Source of the DNA: a virus
Lineage: Duplodnaviria > Caudoviricetes
Length of the DNA stretch: 54,249 nucleotides
IMG/VR virus record: IMGVR_UViG_3300049846_001989
Span: 1 to 54,249 of that record
Strand: one strand, 5' to 3'
A model generated the notes under the pieces. It saw only the letters and a list, made by a program, of their open reading frames with translations. It ran no database searches and was not told where the DNA came from. A program made the position numbers and the translations under genes. Numbering within the stretch: the first letter of the stretch is position 1; each line of letters starts with the position of its first letter. This document shows positions 1 through 8,910 of this stretch, piece after piece.

Positions 1-2
1 AA

Positions 3-287
3 ACACAGATCGCCGAGTACTTGGAAGATTGCCCACGATTCATCCGCGGTATTTACAACAAGCGCGGTGATTCGAAGGTAGACGTTTATGACGTGACCAA
101 CCGGGTCATTCACCAGTGCGTGCCACAACGGGTACAGTACTCACTTCCTGAAGAAACTCGTACGCGACTTGACCAGTTGATCACGACCAATGTCCAGAAA
201 CGCACATATCAATACCAGCGCCAGACGATCGCTCCAGTATACGGCGGCGCCGGGTACAATAATTTCGATGACATCGGGAGATACTGA
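3..287 (+). CDS. 5'-truncated ORF; probable C-terminal part of a JAB/MPN-family peptidase
   Basis: Frame is open from the window edge (TQIAEYLEDCPRFIRGIYNKRGDSKVDVYD). This resembles the segment that follows the HxH...D motif in prokaryotic JABs. Catalytic residues would lie outside the window. TGATG overlap with the E2-like gene. Confidence 0.45.
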   Translation, partial: TQIAEYLEDCPRFIRGIYNKRGDSKVDVYDVTNRVIHQCVPQRVQYSLPEETRTRLDQLITTNVQKRTYQYQRQTIAPVYGGAGYNNFDDIGRY

Positions 288-1711
288 TGACTACGACTTA
301 TGCCCTTCCCAATGATATAACTACCAAGATTGCCAGTCTGAAACGCGACATTTCACACTATGTCGAAGCTATTGCCAACGAGGAAAAAAGTAAAACACAA
401 TATATAGAAAGCCGTGACAAGGTGGTCCGACACTTCAGTGCATGGAAAGCTTTCTTCAAAGACAACCCACTTCCATCCGAACTACAAGAATATGCCTGGA
501 AAGATTCACGTTTTGAGTCAGCGATTCGTGAGTATTCCCAAGCTATACAAGGAAAAGAAGACGAGATCAAAGGTCTTCAAAGTCAGATCAAGAAATACGA
601 AGCTGCAATAGCCAAGTTCGAAGACGACCTGGCCAAGACCCCAATCAAATCCTACACCAAAGAACAGCTTAAAGCGGCTATGCCCGAGTTTGTCGCTGAT
701 GTAGGAATGGTTGACGGCAAGATCAAAATCACTACCAAGCCGATTCTGGCAACAATCAACCGCGTTAATCCACGCTTCCAGGTTTTCGAGAACAAGATCC
801 CGATCAAACCGATGAATGTTTACATTCATGGAAGCGCAGGTCTGGTTAAATTCCACGCAATCGGCGAAAACGGCTACGACAGCGGGTTCCTGACCAATTC
901 CCCACACCCCCACATCATGGGTGATAATAAGGCATGTCTCGGCGATTTCGCCGACCCGTTAATACAAGCCTGGAGAACTAATGACCTGGTCATGTATTTA
1001 GAAATTATCCATCTGTTCCTGAGCCAGGTTAACGCCGACGGTGACCGGGCAGGCGAGAGCTGGCCGCGCATGTTTTTTGATCGTGAGCAACTGGCTGATG
1101 AAGAAAACACTTTCGTTATCGACTACCGCACGAATACAGCGAAGGTCTGTGTCGAAGAAGTGGAAACCCCGGCCTCCTTCCAGATGGAACTTCAAGGCGT
1201 CGTCTGGAACTGCGCCGGTCCACGAAACATACCGACAGATAACGACCTTATCTCGGCGCCCTCTGGCAAGATCTTCGTACGCCGACTCGACGGCTCACTG
1301 TACGCAGCCAGTGACTACTTCACAGCCCCGATCAAGGAGCTCGTTCCGAAATTCACTGGTACGATCAAACCACGCCCGTGGAAACGCGAGTGGATGGCGT
1401 TCTGGAAGACTACGTACGACACTGTGTGGAAAATCCAGTATGAGAAGGCCTGCGCAGCGGCCACACCAGTGGCTGAAGCTGAACCGCTCGTAGCTGAAAC
1501 GCCCAAACCCAAGCGGGTACGTCGGAAGAAGCCAGTAGAAGCCCCGGCCGAGCCAGCCACAGCCGTAGTTACAGCCCCGACGGTTGTTATGGAAGCAGAC
1601 CACGTAGCCGAAGCCCCTAGACAACGTCCGCGCCCGGCAGTAGATCCCACTATGGCTGAACTGGACCGTATTATGGCCGAAGCCCCTGTAGGAGCAGAGA
1701 TAGATGGCTAA
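287..1711 (+). CDS. Prokaryotic E2 (UBC-fold)-like protein with N-terminal coiled coil and Pro/Ala-rich tail
   Basis: Motif SPHPHIMGDNKACLG (His207, Cys217) followed by helix LEIIHLFLSQVN, matching the E2 HPN/H-x-C-L active-site layout. Confidence 0.65.
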   Translation: MTTTYALPNDITTKIASLKRDISHYVEAIANEEKSKTQYIESRDKVVRHFSAWKAFFKDNPLPSELQEYAWKDSRFESAIREYSQAIQGKEDEIKGLQSQIKKYEAAIAKFEDDLAKTPIKSYTKEQLKAAMPEFVADVGMVDGKIKITTKPILATINRVNPRFQVFENKIPIKPMNVYIHGSAGLVKFHAIGENGYDSGFLTNSPHPHIMGDNKACLGDFADPLIQAWRTNDLVMYLEIIHLFLSQVNADGDRAGESWPRMFFDREQLADEENTFVIDYRTNTAKVCVEEVETPASFQMELQGVVWNCAGPRNIPTDNDLISAPSGKIFVRRLDGSLYAASDYFTAPIKELVPKFTGTIKPRPWKREWMAFWKTTYDTVWKIQYEKACAAATPVAEAEPLVAETPKPKRVRRKKPVEAPAEPATAVVTAPTVVMEADHVAEAPRQRPRPAVDPTMAELDRIMAEAPVGAEIDG

Positions 1712-2354
1712 CTACTACGCGCCATTCGCAGAGTATGCCCGTTGCCGGGAAATCAACAACTTGATTGTACAAGGAGCCGATTTAACTGACCTCGTTCAGA
1801 CTGGAGAAGTAATTTCAGACGAACATATAGACCTTATACGGTGTGAACATCCGCAACTGGACCGCATATCGCTCGTAAATCATTCAAATCTATATCTGAC
1901 CTTTAAGCAGGGTACTGTGTTTCATCACTATGGCGGATTTAGCCTTATAAATAGCGGCGGCCCGTTCAAGCTGAAACTCCAGGCTTTTACGATAAATTGC
2001 GATGTGAGAAACACGTGGCGCGCTGGATACCTGAATATAAAGTGCGAAGGGTGGCGACAGAAACACTGCCGACGAGTCGGACGACAATACCACCCTCTAC
2101 AAATGACACCGCGCTTGCAGTCGTATATTCAGAATGACCTCGGAACCCGCGAACTTCAGACAGAAAACAAACAGCGCCTGGACTTCGCAGGCGTAATAAA
2201 TACCATCATAAACCGGGTTACACGATACGAACCTGAAGACGCAATTAATCATGTGTATTGCCATATTCCACCGTTCATAAAAATGGACGGAACATACCCA
2301 GATCCTGAAAAGCAGTATACCGAAACTTCACTCGGGGAGTTCACAGAATGTTAA
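1704..2354 (+). CDS. Hypothetical protein (possibly a degenerate E2-like fold)
   Basis: 216-aa ORF overlapping the previous stop; YHPL motif but no downstream Cys. Confidence 0.6.
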   Translation: MANYYAPFAEYARCREINNLIVQGADLTDLVQTGEVISDEHIDLIRCEHPQLDRISLVNHSNLYLTFKQGTVFHHYGGFSLINSGGPFKLKLQAFTINCDVRNTWRAGYLNIKCEGWRQKHCRRVGRQYHPLQMTPRLQSYIQNDLGTRELQTENKQRLDFAGVINTIINRVTRYEPEDAINHVYCHIPPFIKMDGTYPDPEKQYTETSLGEFTEC

Positions 2355-2584
2355 CCGTAATCCAGCTCATAGAAGCCTTGGTAACCCTGCCACCCGATAC
2401 CCCCGTCGCTATGGTCATGCACGACGATCCTGCCATGGAAATGTACGCCGTAGGCGAGGTCAAGCTTGGCGAAGAATTTGGCTTCGAAAGTGATAATCAC
2501 TGGATGACTGATGAATCGGCCGTAGTACTGATTTCTGAGGACATAGTACTGGTAGACCCCGAGGAGTTCGAGGAGGTCAAGTGA
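2348..2584 (+). CDS. Small acidic hypothetical protein
   Basis: GGGGAG RBS; overlapping operon; MTVxQLIExL N-terminus common in phage small proteins. Confidence 0.7.
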   Translation: MLTVIQLIEALVTLPPDTPVAMVMHDDPAMEMYAVGEVKLGEEFGFESDNHWMTDESAVVLISEDIVLVDPEEFEEVK

Positions 2585-2781
2585 TTACGTATGAAGATAT
2601 GCGTAGCGTATTAACTGATGAAGAATGGACAGCTTTACATAAAGCGTCCTCTAGAACTTACCTTCGAAACTTTACAGCCAAAAGTTATAAACAATGGCTG
2701 TATAAGTTCCATAACTGGGCCAGTACCCCACAAGGATATGATTACAGGTCCAGTGTCTATTCCCGTTTTGCGGTGCTTTAA
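2581..2781 (+). CDS. W-x-x-TPQG paralog family, member A
   Basis: MITYEDMRSVLTDEEW...WASTPQGYDY; GAGGAGG RBS. Confidence 0.75.
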   Translation: MITYEDMRSVLTDEEWTALHKASSRTYLRNFTAKSYKQWLYKFHNWASTPQGYDYRSSVYSRFAVL

Positions 2782-2782
2782 T

Positions 2783-2995
2783 ATGCTCACATTCGACGAC
2801 ATGCGCGATGTACTGACTGACAAAGATTTTGCAAAACTTGTGTTTTTAACGCGCAATTCCCCAGCAGCCAGAAAAACCATGGCTCCAAACTATGCCGACC
2901 TTCTTCAAGCTGTTTGGATAGCACTGCCTTACGAGCAACGTACAAACTCGGCCTTTTGGGGCAAGGTTTACGACCGGTTAAAGATACTCCAATGA
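2783..2995 (+). CDS. Paralog family, member B (diverged)
   Basis: MLTFDDMRDVLTDKDF...FWGKVYDRL; start reassigned to ATG 2783. Confidence 0.7.
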   Translation: MLTFDDMRDVLTDKDFAKLVFLTRNSPAARKTMAPNYADLLQAVWIALPYEQRTNSAFWGKVYDRLKILQ

Positions 2996-3201
2996 GCACG
3001 TTTAACGACATGCGCGATGTTTTGACTGCCAAGAAGTGGGCGGCTCTGAACCGCTTAGCAAAAAACAGCATAATTTCCAGAACGCGTGTCTCTGAAAACT
3101 ATTGGCGTTATATCCTAGGCATGTGCACTTGGGAAGTCACTCCAGAAGGGTGGCATTATTGGAACAGAGTCCACGACCGTCTACGTAGAGAACTTGAATA
3201 A
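2992..3201 (+). CDS. Paralog family, member C
   Basis: MSTFNDMRDVLT...WEVTPEGWHYW; ATGA overlap. Confidence 0.75.
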   Translation: MSTFNDMRDVLTAKKWAALNRLAKNSIISRTRVSENYWRYILGMCTWEVTPEGWHYWNRVHDRLRRELE

Positions 3202-3431
3202 TGATTACATTCAACGACATGCACGACGTTTTGACCGATGAAGAGTGGGAGGCCCTGAACCTCATCGCTTCTACCAAGCCCGCATTAAAAAGAGAAGAAA
3301 GCAACTCCTACGCAGAATGGTTGTTTGAAAACTTTACCTGGAGCCGCGCACCACAAGGCATAGAGTTTTGGCGAGCTATACATGGACGACTGGAAGTGCT
3401 GGATGACGGGCCAAACAATGCTGCGTTTTGA
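3201..3431 (+). CDS. Paralog family, member D
   Basis: MITFNDMHDVLTDEEW...WSRAPQGIEFW; TAATG overlap. Confidence 0.75.
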   Translation: MITFNDMHDVLTDEEWEALNLIASTKPALKREESNSYAEWLFENFTWSRAPQGIEFWRAIHGRLEVLDDGPNNAAF

Positions 3432-3621
3432 AGACCTCAAAGACATCCTGACCGAAGAAGAATACGCGGCAGCAGAAAAAGCCCGCATACCCTCTAAAAA
3501 CCAGTCGTTTCACAACTATGCCAATTTAATGCTCCACACGTTTGCCTGGAACAAAACGCCAGGTTTTTCACCAGACCACTGGAAAAACAAACACACCAAT
3601 CTTTTTTTACTTATACGATAG
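3418..3621 (+). CDS. Paralog family, member E
   Basis: MLRFEDLKDILTEEEY...FAWNKTPG...HW. Confidence 0.7.
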   Translation: MLRFEDLKDILTEEEYAAAEKARIPSKNQSFHNYANLMLHTFAWNKTPGFSPDHWKNKHTNLFLLIR

Positions 3622-3631
3622 GAGAAACAAC

Positions 3632-3967
3632 ATGAAATTCAATGACTTCGTAATGAAACTTGCCAAAAATTGTGGCCTCGAAGACTATCCTGAAGATTTG
3701 GCGTTCCTCGAAAGAGCACTTGATGCAATCCGACGTTCGACTGATCAGGATTTCTACGTAAATATCGTAGACCCCAATTCGGACCGCAACCTTCGAGACC
3801 ATGAAATCATCATACGCCCTGAATGGGACAGCTATAACGACACCGTCGAAATCGTAGTTCCTTTCGATAATGAAGCCACCAAGCCGAAGAAATCCCCAAC
3901 AATTCCTGACGAAGACCTTGACGACCGCGTCTTCAATGCCAGACTGGGGGAGCATATTGCCGGTTAG
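3632..3967 (+). CDS. Hypothetical protein
   Basis: AGGAG RBS before ATG 3632. Confidence 0.7.
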   Translation: MKFNDFVMKLAKNCGLEDYPEDLAFLERALDAIRRSTDQDFYVNIVDPNSDRNLRDHEIIIRPEWDSYNDTVEIVVPFDNEATKPKKSPTIPDEDLDDRVFNARLGEHIAG

Positions 3968-4011
3968 CCCGTAACGGGATATCCTGACATACCCACACAG
4001 TCTGGTGCTTT

Positions 4012-6354
4012 ATGAAGATCAATTTCCTGAGTGCGCAGTTCCCAATAACAAAGACTTACAGCCAGACCAGGTCAGGTAACATAAACAAGACGCCCTATCC
4101 CTTTGTTTATGAAGTAAATTCTTTCGAATACCAGGTCCCTACGCTCGAGGCCCTATTCCCCCTGATACAACAGCACGCGGGGCAAGGGCACTGTCTCCTG
4201 AAAGGCGAGCTGGCCCGCCCCCTCGTCTCCGAGTCCCGGGCTGGCAGCACTGACCCCAAGCAGAAGACCGAGTGGGTGTGCCTGGACCTGGACGGGATTG
4301 GCGGGTACTCGACCGTGGACCAGTTCCTCCAGGACGTGGGTTGTGGTGAGACGGACTACATCCTTCAGTGGTCTGCCAGCCAGGGCGTGGGCGGCGCCCC
4401 CGAACTGCGCTGCCACATCTTCATGATGCTCGACGCGCCCAGGACCCCCGAGTTCCTGAAGCGCTGGCTGATGACCCTGAATCTGACCTGCTCACGGCTC
4501 AAGGAGCAGCTCCGACTCACACGTACCAACTGCAGCTTACGCTGGGGGCTCGACATCACGACCTGCCAGAACGACAAGCTGCTATACATCGCACCACCGC
4601 TGTTCGAGAACATGGAAGACCCCCTGGCCGGACAGGCCCGAATCTCATTCCACAAAGGCAAGCGCCGGCGCCTAGCTATTGGCACCCAGGTCCTCGAACG
4701 TGAGGCCCTGAGGAACCTGTCAGACCAACGGATCAACGAGCTGCGTCTCGGCAGCAGCATGCCCAAGCGCAAGACCACGAAGTACAAGGTACAGGGCTCT
4801 GTGGAATACATGCAGAACCCGGACACGGCCACCGTGACGGACATCAAGATCGAACGTGGCTTTGTCTACCTGAACCTCAACGGCGGGGACTCCTGGGCGT
4901 ATTACCACCCGGAGAACAACCCGTCGTTTATATACAACTTCAAGGGCGAGCCAGTCTATAAAACTGACGAGCTCTTGCCCGAATACTGGGCCGAGATTGC
5001 CCGACGTGCCCAGGACTACCAGCCAGACACCTCTGGAACGATCTACCTGGCCTTCAGGGAGTTTCGGACCGGTAACTACTATAACGGCACCTTCGATGGC
5101 GAGACAAGCCGCCTGAACCTGGCCATGGCCAAGAACGAGACACAACTCAAGCACTTCCTCAAGCAGCACGGGCAGCCGGTAGGCGACTATGTACCTGACT
5201 GGGACCTGGTGTTCGACCCCCACAGCGAGATCACTCTCGATGTGATGAACCGCACCGTGAACACGTACGTACCAAGCGTGTACATGGAGGACCGCTCGCC
5301 CCCCAAGGTGACGACTATCCCTCCCGTGTGCAACAAGATCATCAGGCACGTACTGGGCGACGACGAGGAGTGTGTACTGCGCTTCCTCAACTGGCTGGCC
5401 TGTGTGGTGCAGTTCAAGGACCGGACAGGCACCGCCTGGGTCCTGCACGGCACGCAGGGGACGGGCAAAGGCCTGCTGTTCCACCATATCATTGCCCCCA
5501 TCCTCGGAGAGCACAACACCTCGGCCAAGCGGATGGAGGAGCTGGAGAGTGAGTTCACAGGCTTCGTAGAGAACAAGTTCGTCACGGCTATTGACGAGAT
5601 CGAGGTGGGCAGCTCGCTGTACCACGCCAAGATCACTGCCAAGCTCAAGAACCTGATCGTGGAACCGAGTATCTCGATCCGCAAGATGTACACTCCGGCA
5701 TATATGTCCCGGAACTACAACAACATGCTCTTCATGAGTAACCAGTCCGAGCCGCTACAGGTGTCGCCGGACGACCGCCGCTTCAACGTGGCTCCATACC
5801 AGTTCAACAAGCTCCAGATCACGACCACCGAGGTGGACTCGATCGAGAAAGAACTCAAGCAGATGTATGCGTACCTGATGCACTACCCGGCGAACCGCGA
5901 CATGGCTCGCACGCCGCTGATCAACCAGGCACGTGAGACATTGATAGACATCAGCCGGTCAGCCGTGGACGTCGTAAGTGACGCCCTGCTGGCAGGCAAT
6001 TTCGGATTTTTCTGGGATCAGCTCCCGTCACAAAAACCGCCGGAGAGTGGGGCGATAACCAACCCGAACCACTTCAAGTATATGCGGTATCGAGAGCTGC
6101 TCCTGGGCATACTGGAACGTACAGAACCCTGTGCCCTGTCACGGGATGACCTGTACACCATGTATGACTGGTGCGATGGCAAGGTACCATCAAGCCCCAA
6201 CAAGTTCACGGCCCTGCTCAAGCATCACCGTATTCACTTGACCCCTGTCTGGGTGGGCAAGCGGACAACTCGAGGGATTGAAGTACAGTGGGACTTCTCA
6301 GATAAAGAGTGGGTAGCGGCCTTGAAAGAAGAAGTCAAAAACAACACAGTCTGA
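4012..6354 (+). CDS. Primase/polymerase-SF3 helicase fusion (NrS-1-like / DUF5906 C-terminus)
   Basis: N-terminal LDLDG and CH motifs of prim-pol type; Walker A GTQGTGKG, Walker B IDE, DDRRF. Confidence 0.85.
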   Translation: MKINFLSAQFPITKTYSQTRSGNINKTPYPFVYEVNSFEYQVPTLEALFPLIQQHAGQGHCLLKGELARPLVSESRAGSTDPKQKTEWVCLDLDGIGGYSTVDQFLQDVGCGETDYILQWSASQGVGGAPELRCHIFMMLDAPRTPEFLKRWLMTLNLTCSRLKEQLRLTRTNCSLRWGLDITTCQNDKLLYIAPPLFENMEDPLAGQARISFHKGKRRRLAIGTQVLEREALRNLSDQRINELRLGSSMPKRKTTKYKVQGSVEYMQNPDTATVTDIKIERGFVYLNLNGGDSWAYYHPENNPSFIYNFKGEPVYKTDELLPEYWAEIARRAQDYQPDTSGTIYLAFREFRTGNYYNGTFDGETSRLNLAMAKNETQLKHFLKQHGQPVGDYVPDWDLVFDPHSEITLDVMNRTVNTYVPSVYMEDRSPPKVTTIPPVCNKIIRHVLGDDEECVLRFLNWLACVVQFKDRTGTAWVLHGTQGTGKGLLFHHIIAPILGEHNTSAKRMEELESEFTGFVENKFVTAIDEIEVGSSLYHAKITAKLKNLIVEPSISIRKMYTPAYMSRNYNNMLFMSNQSEPLQVSPDDRRFNVAPYQFNKLQITTTEVDSIEKELKQMYAYLMHYPANRDMARTPLINQARETLIDISRSAVDVVSDALLAGNFGFFWDQLPSQKPPESGAITNPNHFKYMRYRELLLGILERTEPCALSRDDLYTMYDWCDGKVPSSPNKFTALLKHHRIHLTPVWVGKRTTRGIEVQWDFSDKEWVAALKEEVKNNTV

Positions 6355-6364
6355 GGAGTAGTAC

Positions 6365-6541
6365 ATGAAGCGCTTGTTCCAGATAACGGATACCCAGAGC
6401 GGAAAACAGCACGGCACGACATTTTACGGTGACAAGATGGTAGCGAAGCGTGAGCGTAAGCGCCTGAACGACGAGTGTGGGCACGAAACCCGCTTCGTTG
6501 TGTCGCCAGGGCCAGACCATCATAAGAAACAAGATGTCTGA
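6365..6541 (+). CDS. Small basic hypothetical protein (58 aa, below the ORF-track cutoff)
   Basis: GAGGAG RBS; MKRLFQITD...FYGDKMVAKRERK...VVSPGPDHHK. Confidence 0.65.
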   Translation: MKRLFQITDTQSGKQHGTTFYGDKMVAKRERKRLNDECGHETRFVVSPGPDHHKKQDV

Positions 6542-6734
6542 CGCCCGCACAGCAGCCATCGCGCGCCGCGAGCGCATTTACAAGCGCGAACGCCCGTGTA
6601 TCTGCGGTGAAGACAAGTTCTACAGTTTATCGAACCGGTGCACAACCTGTTCGAGAAAAAACGGCAGAGATTCGCCCACTACGAATTGCTGTCGTCTAAC
6701 CAATCCTGAAACGCCTGGACAACGTGAAGGGTAA
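6534..6734 (+). CDS. Small Cys-rich putative zinc-finger protein
   Basis: PCICG...Y...NRCTTC; resembles ORF 17032-17190. Confidence 0.6.
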   Translation: MSDARTAAIARRERIYKRERPCICGEDKFYSLSNRCTTCSRKNGRDSPTTNCCRLTNPETPGQREG

Positions 6735-6772
6735 TTCGAACGTCCACATCAACTCTCATGAGGAGAAATACC

Positions 6773-6982
6773 ATGATCAATGTACGTGTAGCTCGTGTAC
6801 CTGGCACTGTCCAGGAAGTAGCCCTGAACGATGGCGCCTCCGTAGGTGACGCACTCGGCCAACTGGGCATGCGCGTTGAGTCAGGCGAAGCCCTGAAAGT
6901 CAACGGCGCAGACGCCACTACCTCTACTACCCTGAGCGACGGTGACCGGGTTATCCTGGTTAAAGGCGCCAAGGGGAACTGA
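6773..6982 (+). CDS. Ubiquitin-like beta-grasp protein (ThiS/MoaD-like), C-terminus GAKGN
   Basis: 69 aa with GAGGAG RBS; pattern INVRV...EVAL.DGASVGDAL...VNG......LSDGDRVILV is typical of ThiS/MoaD/Ubl. Confidence 0.85.
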   Translation: MINVRVARVPGTVQEVALNDGASVGDALGQLGMRVESGEALKVNGADATTSTTLSDGDRVILVKGAKGN

Positions 6983-7202
6983 GATGAACTACGCAGGAGT
7001 AATAATCTGCGTAGCTGGTTCGGAAACTTCCGTCTTGGTGCGCTCGCCAGGCACCTTGGCGGAAGCCCTCCCACCTAACCATCCGGCGTGGAAACACTTC
7101 CCACTGGAAACGCTCGTTGCCACTCGCCACTTTATTGAAGGGCAGCGCTTTTCCTGCATCAACTCAACAGAATCCAAACCAGCTCAAAAGGAGCAATTCG
7201 AT

Positions 7203-7418
7203 ATGTCAGCACCAATCGTTCAAGACATCAAGCAATACCGCGGCCGCGACATCACGTCGCTGTCTCCCCAGGCAATCATGGACGCCATCAAGGCAGACAA
7301 GAGAGCCATCCGGGACCTGCAAGACACAGGCGTTGAATCTACCTACATCACTGCAGAAGTTGCCCGCATCCAGACCGGCATCGACGCACTGGTAGCGGAA
7401 CTCAACACCCGAGTGTAA
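7203..7418 (+). CDS. Small helical hypothetical protein
   Basis: AAGGAG RBS before ATG 7203; frame is also open back to 6984. Confidence 0.65.
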   Translation: MSAPIVQDIKQYRGRDITSLSPQAIMDAIKADKRAIRDLQDTGVESTYITAEVARIQTGIDALVAELNTRV

Positions 7419-7542
7419 GACCTTCCCCCGAAGGGAAACGAGGAAGCTGCGTTAAGGCTAGCCCCGGGCACTCCCACCCGGGCACCAATTCAAAGCGAAT
7501 CCCAGCGAATCTTTACCCATAACTAACCTATGCTGAGGTTCT

Positions 7543-8910
7543 ATGCGCACGCCACCGCCACTTTACGACCACCAGGTCAGGGACGTACAGTTCTGTCTTG
7601 ATAACCCACGAGTCTTCGATTCATCAGACCCCGGCTGCGGGAAAACCCGCGTGCAGATCGAGACATTCAGGATCAGGCGGCAACGTGGTGGCAAGTGCCT
7701 GCTAGTTATTTGCCCGAAATCCCTCCTGCGCTCAGCGTGGGAGAACGATTTCCACAAATTCGCACCAGAGATCACAGTCTCTGTTGCTCCGGCGGCCAAG
7801 CGTGAAGAGGCTTTCCAACGCGAGGCTGACGCTTACATTACCAATACCGACGCAGTCGTGTGGCTGGCCAAACAGCCGCCGCGCTTCTTCGCCAAGTTTG
7901 ACACGCTGGTTATCGACGAGATCACCGCGTTCAAGCATCACACCAGTCAGCGCTCGAAGGCTCTTGCCAAGATCCGCAAGCACTTCATCAACCGCGCTGG
8001 CCTGACAGGAACGCCAAACTCCAACACCATCGCAGACCTGTGGCACCCGATTTTCATCATCGACGACGGTAAGCGACTGGGGACAAGTTTTTACCAGTTC
8101 CGTGCTTCAGTGTGTTCGCCAAAACAAGTCGGCCCTGACCCTAACATGGTCAAGTGGGAAGATCGTGACGGCGCAGAGCTGGCTGTCGGCGGGCTGCTGA
8201 AAGACATCACGATCCGTAATATCTTCGAACAGTGTCACGATATTCCGGAGAATCTCCAGACTGTTATGCCATACCAGATGTCGCCCAAGCAGCGCAAGGC
8301 ATACGACCAAATGGAGAAGGCGGCCATCACACTCGTGAACAACAACGAGGTGGTGTCTGCCATCAATGCTGCAGTTGTGGCCAACAAACTCCTGCAGATT
8401 GCCTCAGGCGCTGTGTATGGTGACGAGGAAGAATACTCAGTCGTGGATCTCGACCGCTACGAGCTTGTAGCACAGCTCGTACAGGAGCGTACCAACCCGT
8501 GTGTCGTGTTCTTCAACTGGCGGCACCAGCGCGATGGACTAATAGAGGAGTTCGACCGGCGCGGGATTATTTACACGCTGGTTGATGGAACGACGACAGA
8601 CAAGAATCGTGAGGAGGCCGTACGCCTGTTCCAGGCCGGGTTCTACCACGTCTTCCTGGCACACCCTGCTTCTGCCGCACACGGCCTGACACTGACCAAG
8701 GCGACGACGACAATCTGGACAAGCCCGGTGTATAACCTTGAGCACTTTGTACAGGGTAACCGGCGTACGTACCGTGCAGGCCAGACCCAGCGGACCGAGA
8801 CGATCACACTCCTGGCTGAAGGCACCATCGAGACGAAGGTATATGAAAAAATGACCGCGAAAAATGTTCGTCAGCTCAACATGTTGTCAATTCTCAAGGA
8901 GCTCTCATGA
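7543..8910 (+). CDS. SNF2-like (SF2) DNA helicase
   Basis: DPGCGKT, IDEIT, GLTGTP, HGLTL and QGNRRTYRAGQ motifs. Confidence 0.9.
   Translation: MRTPPPLYDHQVRDVQFCLDNPRVFDSSDPGCGKTRVQIETFRIRRQRGGKCLLVICPKSLLRSAWENDFHKFAPEITVSVAPAAKREEAFQREADAYITNTDAVVWLAKQPPRFFAKFDTLVIDEITAFKHHTSQRSKALAKIRKHFINRAGLTGTPNSNTIADLWHPIFIIDDGKRLGTSFYQFRASVCSPKQVGPDPNMVKWEDRDGAELAVGGLLKDITIRNIFEQCHDIPENLQTVMPYQMSPKQRKAYDQMEKAAITLVNNNEVVSAINAAVVANKLLQIASGAVYGDEEEYSVVDLDRYELVAQLVQERTNPCVVFFNWRHQRDGLIEEFDRRGIIYTLVDGTTTDKNREEAVRLFQAGFYHVFLAHPASAAHGLTLTKATTTIWTSPVYNLEHFVQGNRRTYRAGQTQRTETITLLAEGTIETKVYEKMTAKNVRQLNMLSILKELS

Noticed and set aside
2581-3621. Diversity-generating retroelement behind the paralog array
   Set aside because: No reverse transcriptase is present and there is no near-identical TR/VR pair with adenine-specific differences.
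7419-7490. tRNA, suggested by the CACCA end
   Set aside because: No TTC T-loop, D-loop or 7-bp acceptor stem could be built.
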